A stretch of DNA of 64,000 nt from Amoebophrya sp. A120 (lineage: Eukaryota; Protista; Dinoflagellata). The DNA is taken from assembly GCA_905178155.1 (NCBI GenBank), contig CAJINV010000003.1:8724179-8788178 (forward strand), in the 5' to 3' direction. Under the pieces are notes generated by a model. It did no database searches and was not told the origin of the DNA. It saw only the letters and a program-made list of their open reading frames with translations. The translations under genes were made by a program, and so were the position numbers. Below, piece by piece: positions 37,828 through 49,600 of this stretch. Positions within the stretch are counted from its first letter, which is position 1; every line of letters starts with the position of its first letter.

Positions 37828-38961
37828 TGTGATAGATGAGCAAGACTAAGACAACTCTTAGGATTAAGTATAAATACGACTGAAGGCCAAAAAACCAAGC
37901 GAGGCTCACCTTCAAAAGATGTGAAAAGTAAAAAAGATGTGAAAGCGTTCTGGTTGAAATGTTCGTACACGGCTAAAAATGGGGGGGGTGCTCTACCCCC
38001 AATTTTTTTCGCATGCCGGAGCCGGTGTTTGCCGGACACACATACACAGCTGGGCACTGCTTCCCTCGGATCAAAAACTTTGAATGAGTGATCATCCCAT
38101 TCGTTCCGTAGTCGTAGGCGTAGCTACAGGCTCTGCTCTCACGCTCCCTCTACGGCATGATTTTTGGCTCCCGCCACGCTCCTTCTTCCTTTTGTCTATT
38201 CAATGCTTCTTTTCGCTCCGGCAGTTCGGGACGACTGTGCGATCCATCCGTGCCCATTCTCCTGCCGCGCTCAGACGAATGCGCCAAATCATGATCATTC
38301 TTAAGAACTCGCGTCTTTTTTTTGTTGTCCAGGGAACACAACGGAACTAGCGCCCTTTTACAGCCAAAGCAGGCGCTCTCGCTGAAACATCAGCCGCCCG
38401 CCCTGAAGCAATGACTACAACCTTTTTTATAATTATTTTCGCTTCTGCTTCTGGTTCTGAGGTGGAGCATTAGCATTACAAACACATGAACATGAAATTT
38501 GCCGCGACCACAGCGACTCGCCTTGAGTTTTTTAGTGTACTAATTATCATGGCTGCAGAAGAAGAAGTGCTTCAGCCTTCAGGTTCAAAAGCAATAAAAG
38601 TACTTTGTTGACATTTGTACAAACTTTCCTAGAATAAACAAACAAGTATGAAACAAGTATGAATACAAAATATCAATGCGACTGAAATCGCGTACACCTA
38701 CGTGAAAGGCGCGCCAATACTTAATTTGATTTTTACAAGAAGTAGTAGTAAAAGTGATATCTCCCACTATGGGGACAGAGTTGATAAAGCGCGACAGTTT
38801 ACAAATCTTCCTCCTATGGGTTTTTCTTGGTAAAAGTTTCAATTTCTTGGTTGAAATAAATTGGTGTCTTGTTGCAAGCGTGTCAAAGTCAAGCGTCGTG
38901 CTCCTGGCGCGTAAGCGTATGCATATGTATATTCGAACTAAATCTACACTGGTCTTTCTCC

Positions 38962-41900
38962 TCACCTTACAGCCACAGCAGGGGTAGTAGACGTCGCTCC
39001 GCCGGGGTACGGGCGGGCAGCATCCTCCTCCTCATAGCCGCCAACATACTCGTTCTTCTCTTCCAAAACCGCGTACATACTGCCCAGCGTCAGGGCGCAA
39101 ACGAGCCAGAAAGCGATCCAGCCACAACCTGCCGCGATACTTGGCAGGACCATGAAGAGCGGCACGTTCAGAATATTGTTGGTCCGATTACCCAGCATCT
39201 TCATCAGGTTATTGCCGAAACTGATCATGTTGTTTGATGAAAAAATCAGAGCGATTCTAGTGCCTCACATGCAGGACCAGTGCCAGCAACCGTCACACAG
39301 GATGAAACCATGTGCTAAACAATTACTCTGCCGCAACGTCTTCAACTTCAACACATAGTGCTAGAGCATCTACCTTGACATTGTACTTCAGAACGAGCAG
39401 GGGAGAAGTGTATGCACAGCTAGAGGAGCTACGACCACCGCTATGTTGCTGGTGCATGGGCTATGCTTATTCTCATTGCGTTTGCATCTTGATGTAGTTG
39501 ATCTTCTTGGTACAAGACAAAACCTTCTCTTACATGCACTTGTATTAACGGCGTACCTGTTGCTCCAAGATTTGGCTTTGACTTTAACCTTCGGCGTGGT
39601 GCGAAGCATCAGGACTGCAATGGTGGGGTTGCAAACCGAGAAGTGTATGGAGGACCACAGCATCCAGAACACTGCCACGAGCAAGTAGCGCTGCAGAAAG
39701 GACAGGCCCGAATCGTTTCCCGGCACCCGCTCGAGACGGTGCAAGTTTTCTCCGTGGCCCAGAGGACCGCTCCAGTCTTTGTCACCAAGCATCACCGTGA
39801 GTAGTGCGAGGTCGCCGTGATCATTGCCCACCTCCCCGTCGTGTTGTTCAGCCACCTGGTTCACGGACCGGCTGACCACAAACACGGCAGCCGCTGCTCC
39901 GGCCTGCTGCAGCTCGCGAGCAACCTGCGCAAAAGTTCGTGGAGAGGCGAGACTGTGGAAACTCTGACCCGGTGCAAAAACCGCGGCGCCGTCCAGCGCC
40001 GGGCCCTTGAGGCTATCCGGCAGCTTGTGCTTCCCGAACAAGGTGCACGTTGTGGCCTGAGCATGAAACGTTAAGAAAGCGCATTCTCGGTAGTGCTTTG
40101 CACACAGCTGCGTGCACTTTTCGATCGAGTCTGTTTTTTGCTGCAGATGGGTCAACACCTCGAAATTCGCTCGATTTTTTTCGTCCACAAGGGGCAGGTT
40201 GTTTTCCGTTACTGGAGTGGCCAGCGCTAGATGCTTCGCCCACTCGTATGACACAATCTTGCCAGCGTACTGTGGCGCGCCGCCGTCCGAGCTGTAGGTC
40301 GCGTACTCAACAACTGCTGCGCCCTCAACGACGTTGACCTGTTGTTGCATATTGATTTTGAGTGAATTCCAGCTAGTGCTTTGGCCGCAGCTGCAATATT
40401 TGGACTTACACTCCTTATCAAAATGCGATAAAGGGGGCAATCCTTCTGATGGTACTACCGCCTGCAGGGGCAGAATCCTTATAGGCACAGCGCTACTAGA
40501 GTCATACGAGTAAAAAGAAAAAAGAAGACATGCTGGTACTGCGTCTGGCAGCAAGGATGCTCGATCGTTCCAGGGAATGAATGTAGACGTGTAGCTGAGA
40601 GATTTGTCACCGTTGACCTGCGTCCAACTGTGGTGCACGGAGAAAAATTCACTGCCGGCGAAGATGAGAAGGCAGACCAAACCCAGGAGGGGGTTGAGTA
40701 CGAGCGTGAACCGCACGCCAAGCCGCTTGACAAGCTGCTGCATTTATGAGAGCGAACAACACGGCCTCGGCCCCCCAAATTGCTCACAAAACATTTGGCA
40801 TGATGCACAACCACAAGGTAGAGCTCGAGCTTACTACTGGAAACTACTTGGCACCGCACACCAACAGACTCCTTGGGCTACTTACGTTTTGATATTTTTA
40901 GGTACTACATCTTCTCAACTGCTGATCTGCTTCGCGGCTCTGCATCTTTTTCATACTTTCTGCTCATGCAGACATTCTAAATGAGTAATGACCAACAAGT
41001 GGAGGGTGTGGAGAAGTTCTTGTGCGCTCTCGTAATGTGCACAGTGCGTTCACGACGGCGTTGAGAGCGCCAGCGACCAGGCCGCACGCGGTCATCAGAG
41101 TCAGCTTTTGGTCCTTCATGGCGGTGCAACTGGGCCCGGCGAGGGAGTCCCCGGCGTCCGGCGGGCAGGGGTAGATGCCTGCTAGCAGGACAGCCAGCTG
41201 GATGTCGATCATCTGTCGAATGGGCAGGTTGCTGTAGCTGACCAAGAACATATCACACAGAAAAACACACCCATTCCCATATTACCAGAAAAGAAAGTAC
41301 TTACTTATAATAGGAGCTAAAGAGTTCTTGATAAGTTGGGGGAACTGAGAAGTCTGTTGTAATGCGAGGAGGCCCCGGAGACTGAGAGATGAGCTTTTCT
41401 GTGACGCAGAACTTCTACCCGTTTTGGTGATTAGATACGTGCCACAGGAGCGCGCCATGCTGCACAATCAAAATAAAGGCCCTTTCTGATGTGAAGCGAC
41501 AGAATGCCACATCTTCAGAGCACGTTTTTGTTTTTCTGGAGTTTGATAAGTGTACACGTTTTCTGTGTGATAGAACAGCAGCAACACGTACCGATGGCTG
41601 ACGATGAGCCAGAGGCCTTCGACGGAGTTGTAGAGTTGCTTCCGAATTGCCTGCAGCGCCGTGCTGGAGCCGACGGCCGCTGTTCCAGCTGCAGTAGAGC
41701 CGCTAATAGAGGATGTAGTTTTGGTGCCGCTGCCCGCACCTCCCGCTTTTTTGTACAGGTAGCTCTGCAGCAGCTCGACGCGCTCCGCGAGGGACAGGGG
41801 CTGCTGCCGCGTGGAGCCGGGATTCGACGTGGCAGCGGATTTGGTCGTATCCACGGCAATATGCACTGCAAATTGGTACTCTCGGTCTACTGGGAACAAG

Positions 41901-44846
41901 ATGTGACGCGGTTTGATGTTGATGGAGTCCGTCGGTCACACAAAGACAAACATCCGCGGTCACGACGCATGAAGAATAGGAACAATTAGTAGCAAAGGAT
42001 CGCGGGGCTACTTTGAGCGAATTGCTCATGCATAGTTCATCTAGCAGGCTGGTACAACATCGCAAAGTTGTAGTTATCGCAGAGCTTGTTACGGTCCTAG
42101 GCCGACATGGATCATCAACATGCACATGCTACACCTCCTCAGCAATCGCCATGCAAAAACCTTATGAATAACAATAATTGCTAAAAACTTATGCAGAAGC
42201 TTTCCGGAGGACGACCCTGAGTTCATATTTGCGATTGATAGTCAATGATCTCGGAGCCCGGTGGAGTGTCGACCCGGTTCAGTTCGCTGATCAGCGGCTG
42301 TTTCTCCTCCTCGTCCTCCGACACTTTGCCACTCGTCACGTTGCGTAGCGATGTGCCCGCGCCACTCGATGATCCCATCTGCAGATGATGCTGATCTTCT
42401 CGTGAGTCATTTAGAAGTACTCTGTTTGACGCAGCAGATCTTGCGGACGAGCAAAACTCACTGATGTGATCCACTTCCTCTTCCTCGTGGTCCACGACCC
42501 GTATGGTGAAGAAAGGCAAAGGAGCTGGTCGCACATCGACATATTCATCATCTTGAGTTGTAAGTAGGGTGAAACCTTTATTCGCTTTCCTCGTTCTTGA
42601 TGGATAATAAAGATAGGTCATACGATAGCAGTACCTCAGCAGTGGGAGGTCTCATCCAGGTCTCTTAGTAGACACGCAAGAACTATACAGAACTTTTTAT
42701 TATTTTTTTATGTTTATTTCGATTTCCGCAGCTATCGTAGCTCTACTACATAAATCAAGATGATCAATATGCGGATGCGCCCGCTTCCTTCTTTCTTCTA
42801 GGGGATAGCGCGAATGTTCGTCCGGTGAACAAGCTCGGAGGATGTAGCACTGGGGGGCTGCTGGTGCAGTCGGTATTCTTGCCCATGCCAAATGTGCTGC
42901 TGCTGCTGCTGCGTTGTATTCGCTTCTGTGGAAGAAGTAGTTCTCGCACTACTCGTCATCGTTGAATGAGCAGGATTATCAACACTAGTGAACGATGTGT
43001 TCATGTTGTAGTTCTTGCTTGACGACTTCCGCGCCAAATGACTCGGGACGGGAAAGGCCGGCGCGAGACCGCCTTTGCCGTCCGCATGACTGATCAGGTG
43101 GTCGTTACTGTTCGAGAATGTGGCTGGTGGTTGACTGCCCGCACCGGCACCTCGTCCGCCCCCACCTCCTCGTGTTGAGGTTGTAGCATTCGCGCTGTTC
43201 AGGAGACCTTGGATTCGGGCTTCTGCAGGAATGTCCGGGTCGTCCGCCTCCTCCTGGAGTTTGCATTGCTCGAGGGCGTCGTACGCGGGCACAGCCAACT
43301 CCGCGATGAGCATGGTGACCAAACTTATCACCACTGTGAGAACTACTGAGCCAGAGATGCTGTAGCCTTCTTCCCCGAGGTCGATCCGCATGAACCGCGA
43401 AATGCTCCCGCTGAACAGAAACATCATGATGCCAATCTGCTGCCAGAAATTCATGAAGGCGAAGCAGGCAACCGAGAAAGCCTTACTAGTCGCGCCCATG
43501 TACAGCTGGAGAAAAGACATAATCATGCCGTTCAAAATCACGGATCGTGTCTCCACCACGATGAACAAGGCGTAGACGACGAAGTGCCGGAATCCCTGCT
43601 GCCAAAACACGTCCGGGGCGCCCGCCTGCCGACTGGGGCCGCCTGCCGGAGCACCAGAGCTACTCGCTGCACCTGCTCCGCCTGTCAGATACCCACCGGC
43701 GGTGGTCAGGTACGCTGTGGCGCTGCCCAGAAGCCCGCCCGCGGTGAGCTGCTGCTGCGCAGCACCAGACGACGCGTCGTCCCAAGCTCGCACACCGTTT
43801 TTCCCGCCGTGAGCATCCAGAACCGCAACGTAAAGCGCAAGCAACAGAAGTACGATTGCGTAGCCGTAGCAGATGCGGTACACCAGCACCTGCGGGCGGA
43901 CCAACGAGGTTAAAACATTGTACACCAGAATCATGGGGATGATCGACCAAATCGAATACTCGCGTGCGACCCGCTCCGCCTCGACCGACACATACTCCTG
44001 GAAGATTGGGGTTCGCAAAGCCGCCCCAAGCCACTGCGTCCCGGTCACTGTTTAGAAAATAAAAATCACAATCAAGTAGATTAACACATAACATCACTCT
44101 CACTGATAGAGGGAAAATAATCATCAACAAAAACAGGGCCCCAGCAGCAGCAATGAAGATTATTTTCGTTTTCTGCTTATGTGACAGAAATAAAATAGCA
44201 AAATTCTTGAACTTATCAAACTACTGCGGTCGTGGAGTCAGTACCGAGCAGAAACACGAAGGCGATGCGACGCAGGGCGGTCACTTTTTGCTCCTCCACA
44301 AAATGTATCAACTGCAAACATGTCTGGCTCTGGACCTGGAACAAAACTTTTGTTCCAGGGCACTTTTCCTTTTGTTACAAAAGGAAAAGTGCCCCAGATA
44401 TTCACATTTGTGATGCTGCTTTTGTATCATGAACCACGCGCGCTGCAATGTCCGAGATCTATGCCCTATCATCACAAGTTTAAGTTTCTTGGTGAGGGCG
44501 TCTTAATGCCTTCTCATGATCCTGCATCAGTAGAATCAGAATAACTGACTTCTCTGCGCTGCAGGCGAAAGAAAAGCTGCCTGCTCACTTGTGCTTCCCA
44601 TCCAGTAGTAAGTAGAGACTACAACTTTCATTTTTATTTTTCTTTGATCCAGAGAATGCATTTTCCCACGTCTTGACCTACATTCCAGATCCAGACCATA
44701 TCATGTTTGAATTGCGTAAAGTGAATGGACCCGTCAGCATTACGGACGTTCAGCAGCCGGTCGCGCGCCATCCGCTGAATCAGCGGCCATGTCGCGAGGA
44801 CAAGGGCCGCGAAACCCAGCAGTACCAGAAGCCATAGACCCGGCAT
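38962..44846 (-). CDS. MFS-fold TLC/NTT (ATP/ADP translocase)-like transporter with large loop insertions
   Basis: Multiple TM helices; EGLWLIVSHRYVLLLF, LVKRLGVRFTLVLNP and NPTIAVLMLRTTPKVKVKAKSWSNSFG resemble TLC-family segments. GT-AG introns and two introners; splicing in 41935-42810 is unresolved. Confidence 0.62.
40745..41034. mobile_element. TIR introner
   Basis: TATGagagcgaacaa / TACGagagcgcacaa; diverged TSD gcatt/atgtg; in-frame restoration. Confidence 0.82.
41251..41572. mobile_element. TIR introner
   Basis: Perfect 14-bp TIR TATCACACAGAAAA; perfect TSD GAACA. Confidence 0.95.
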
Positions 44847-46611
44847 TGATGCGGTGACGTGGTAGTTAATGTTAAAAATACCGCACGTACTACCACTAGA
44901 CCACGCAGCCACAAATAATTATATCAGCGTCAATTGCCCTTGGTCCTACTGCCACAGCGAAAGTAGACCGGGGGATCGACGGATTTGTTGTACAGCACGG
45001 TTGACGACGTCGGTGCTCGCCAGAGTTATTTCCGCGGTGGCGTACACGCAGGACGTCAGTCTTCGCCGGAACCGCGAGAAGGAGGGGGAGGGCGGCCGGG
45101 TCGTGAGTGTAGTTTACTAGTATTGTGAAATAGAAATACACAACACCACGTGGAAGAACAAAAGAAACCAGCACAGACAGAGTGTAAGCGTAAGCCTAAG
45201 GTAAGCGAAAAAAATAAATCAATCCCTAGCTATCTGGCAGAAGAAACAAGCTTTAGTGTAAATTAAATTGAACGAAAGAGCGATCGAAATCTACTTGTAT
45301 TTGGGAATTTGTAATGCGCATGCGGTACAATTCGAAGAGCTCCTGAGCCTGGAATATGCGGAACGACAATGATTTCGACGATTGACGACATTCTATATCC
45401 AACTAAAACTACATCATAACTAAAAATCAAAACCGAAAGCGCACGGAGTAATCGAAAACTTTTGTCAGAAGTGCTGCTAGGAGCGGCCCCACGAGCTAGT
45501 ACTGTTCGCCGTCATCGTCGTACGATATGACAGCAGAAGATCGATGCGCGAACGATAAGTAAGGTGTACGAGCTGCATCTTGTTTACGAAGGACGTGGCG
45601 CCACTAGGACAAATTACACACAGCAACGTCATTCACGAGCACGAACCGAAACACGATTTTCTTGTGTTTCTCTCAGAAGGACCGACGTGTTCTGAGATGA
45701 AAGGTCCGACCAAAAATGCAGCAAAGCCGATATCTAGGTTGGTTGTCGTCACAACCGACAAAAAATTCGCACCCGTCGCGGTGACACATCAAGCCGATAT
45801 CAATTCGTTGAGAATGCACGCACGACCCGAAAAATAAATGGAGCAGAAGTAGAAGAGCAATTGATTTGTAATTCTTGTACGAACCGCTTCTGAACTACCG
45901 AGACCGATCACCAAGCACGGATGTTCAGTTAGTTTATTTTGATCAATCCACACAGGAAAAGCAGGCACTGGCAGCGCAAGAACAGAGTTTATCGTTATGG
46001 CGAATAATCAATCATGTGGGAGCGCGTCAAGCGCTATGTCGGCACGCATGTGCGCGTCGGCAGCCGCACGCATGTTGCGAATGCTTTGGTAATGTCGGAC
46101 GTGGAGCAGCACTATCCGGCGCGAGTGCGAAGTTTCTGGAGGAGCACAAGGTGCAGCAAGTAGTACAGCAACCTCCTACTTAGTTGCGTAACTTCTACCT
46201 GTTGCTGTTGATATCCTTCATATGGAGCTCTCTGCCGAAATCGGCAAAAGAGGGACACATCACGCTATGACGAGGACTTTAGATCATTAATTTGCCCTTG
46301 TTATAACTTTCAATTTCAATTACACTGCGTACGCCGCGGAGCAGCTGCGGGAGTCAGCCTCTCGTTCTTGCTCGTGATCCAACAAGAAGAACCAGTACCA
46401 GATAATCAATAACATTAAGACTGGTCGTATCGGTCTGAAGGGGCTTCCCAAGCTTAACAAGCACGGAACGACGAGCATCCACTGCCGCTGCGGCTGCGCC
46501 TTTGTTTTGCGAAATAAATAAAGCGTAGTACTAGACCACGCTGGGACGCACCACAGCGATGCTTGGCAACTCAATTCTCCCCGCCTGACGCACTTGATGC
46601 ATGTGAAGATC

Positions 46612-49600
46612 TCATCTGCATGGTGCATTTCTCATTATTTTTGCACTCGTTGCAGAACTGCTCCCAGTGGCGCTGGATAGAATTCGTGACGGCCTTGCTT
46701 CTCCTTGCCGCAGCATCGTAGCCGCGGAAGAAGAACCAGGAGCTTCCTTCTTCAGTAGAGCCCATCCGACCATGTCGTGTAGGAAATACCGATGTGCATA
46801 TGGTGACGTCGGCAGAAGTTGCGAAGAGGTTATTGCGCAGCTGCGAGATAATTCTGGCGGACCACATCCACCAGCAGTCTTCGCTGTAGTTCCATCTGCG
46901 ACCACTTCTGCGGCGGGGGCTTCAGCATCTTCATCAGGAAGGTCAGCTCTGACAAGCTATCAAAAAGAAAAACTCCCCCTCCCCATATCGAAAACGAGAT
47001 TTGTGATGCAGTATCTGAGTACACAAATCGCATTTGTCTTGCTGGAGAGGACTGCAGACCCATATCAAGCCTGAGTAGAGAGGCTTTGACTTAGGCGCTT
47101 AGCATGAAAAGCGTCCGTGGTGTTGGCTCAACAGCATGACAAACCGGCTCCATAATGGGACGGAAGCTGCTGCCCTTGTCTTCTTGCAGCACAAATGTGA
47201 TTTGTGACCTCAAATCAGCAACACAAATTTTCGAAAACCTACCTCTTCAATATGGGGAGGGGGGATTTTTCCTTGCGATACAAGCTCCGGATGAAAGCAC
47301 GTGCCCAGAACGTGTCCTGCTCGCACGGCCTATGAAAGCCTCAGGTTGGAAATCCTCAAAGTGAAAATAATTTGTGTTTGTGATGCAAAAAAACGACTCC
47401 AGTTGGAGCACCGTTTCTAGCCGGCGCATGACAAATTTTCCGGGCACTCAAAGCGTGTCTGTCATGCTAGTTAGGCAAAGGGGTGCCCTTCTCTCATGCT
47501 AATCAGCAGCCCAATTCTGAACCCGTAGAAGCACAATAGTCGGCCTCCATTGCGTTCTCTGCAATACAGTGTTTTTGGTGTCGCATTTCATGCATCACAA
47601 ATTATTTCCACGTTGAGGATTTCCATTCTGACGGTGTCATACGGCCACGATGAGGTTTTCCTCGGGGCGCGCCGCCGCCCCCCTCGGTATACTCTGGCTG
47701 GAGCTCCTATGGATGTGTCAGGATCGAAATCGACAAAATCGAAAAATTTGTGATGCATAAAATGTAGGGCACTCAAAGGCTGTATTGAGGAGCAGGCAAA
47801 TGGGGCCGATTGTAAGCCTGTTGAGGGGTATGCAATGTGCTGCCAGAGTAGCACGACAGGAGCAGTCTCCTTTGCCCAAACAGCATGACAGACTGGATTG
47901 GGGCGCTCCCGAAATTTGTCATGCGCCACTTGGATTCTGAGGCTCGCTCCAACTGACATCAATTCTGTGCATTGCAAATTTTTCGATTTTGTCAATTTCG
48001 ATTCTGACACTTCCATAGCTCCTCGACGAGGACCACGACTTGGACTTACCACGACCGCCCGAACCGGACGGAGAACTTCGTGGCGGCTGAATCGTTGCAA
48101 GAACTTGCACTTCCACTTGTGTCCTGGAGGTCGTCCTCGTCCTGCTTCTGGACGCATCTTCCAGCGCGATTCGCTGAGGACCATCGTGTCCTTTGTCTTT
48201 TTCGCTCAACGTCGTTTGTAGTGCCACACTTCCACGAGTGGTTGTAGATGTAGAAGGAGGAGCTACACTAGAAGCAGGGCTCAGATTTTTATCGTCCACG
48301 CCATGATCGTCCCCGTCGTCCAGTATCTTTTCTATCACAGGCGCGCGGATGAATATCGCGTCTTGACCTCGGAACGCCGGGTGAGTGTCTGTCGTCCCGA
48401 AGCGCACAGAGAAAGAATCCACCTGGCGCCCGAAGTAGTTCCGTCGAACCCGGACTGGGAGTCCGCCGAGGGACGCTCCATACTTTTTCAATCCGAAAAG
48501 CGACCTTGGAGCGGATTCAGTTCTTGCGGCCACGTCGTGGTCGGCGTCTGAACTACAAGTAGAAGCAGGCTGTACATCAACCAATGTCGGGATTGCTAGT
48601 ACGCCTGGACGTCGGCTCGTCGATAGAGCGGTGAAGTTCAAGTTGTGGTCGTCAGAATTATGCTCCGTACTAGCCTGTACAGCCTCATCTTGCGCTTCCA
48701 GATCTCCAGTAGAACTCAGGTGCTCTTGTACCGGGTTGGTCTTGTCGCCCCCAACCTTCCACCACCGCCTGCCCTCTTCTTCTTGCGCCTTTTCGTCAAA
48801 AAGAACAGGATGATTACCATTTTCGTCAGGAGGTGAAACTTCTAGTTCTACCCCACCGCCCTCTCGCGGTTCTGTAACCTGCTCAGCCAACAAAATGCAG
48901 CCCGCACACGTGCCCCAGACAGGTCGGCGCTTCTGGTGAATGTAGTGAAGCAGGTCCGCACGCAATGCCGCGCCTATGATAGTCATTGCGGTGGATTCCC
49001 CACCGGGAAGAATTAACCCGTCGATCAAACGACTCTCACTCCGGCGAAGGGAAGCTCTAGTTCTTGGCAGGGCGGAGTGGTCATGTTCTTGTATGCTGCT
49101 CGAGCGTGGTCGCGGTACCGTTGCCGACAAAGATGGGCGTGATCGTCGTCCAATAAATTCATCATAAGAAGTAGATGGACCTCTACTGTCTAGTCGTCCT
49201 ACCTGGCTGCTCTTGGCGCCTTCGGAAAACTGCACCCCGTCTGCGTCTTCTGAGCACAAAGATGTTGGTGAGCGCAGCCGAGCTCTTTCTGCCTCCTGAT
49301 TCTCTGCATGCGTCGCATTTTGCGTTTTTATTTCTCCTCTGCCTCGATCTTCCACATCGGTTGCGACGATGCGGCGACTTGATGCGCTTCGCGGCGGGAA
49401 TACTTCTACCCGATGTTTCTTCTTGTCCTCCTCAAGCATGGCTACCGCCCCATGCTGATCTAAAACGTCCTCGCAGTGGCGCCTGCGCTTCAGAAGATGC
49501 CCATTGCAGCTGCTCTGTTCTCCTTCATCATGTTGCTGCTCAACGCAACTTTGCTTCTGCCACAGCTTCTGCTCTTCCGCCGACGTAGAGAGTGCGTCAG

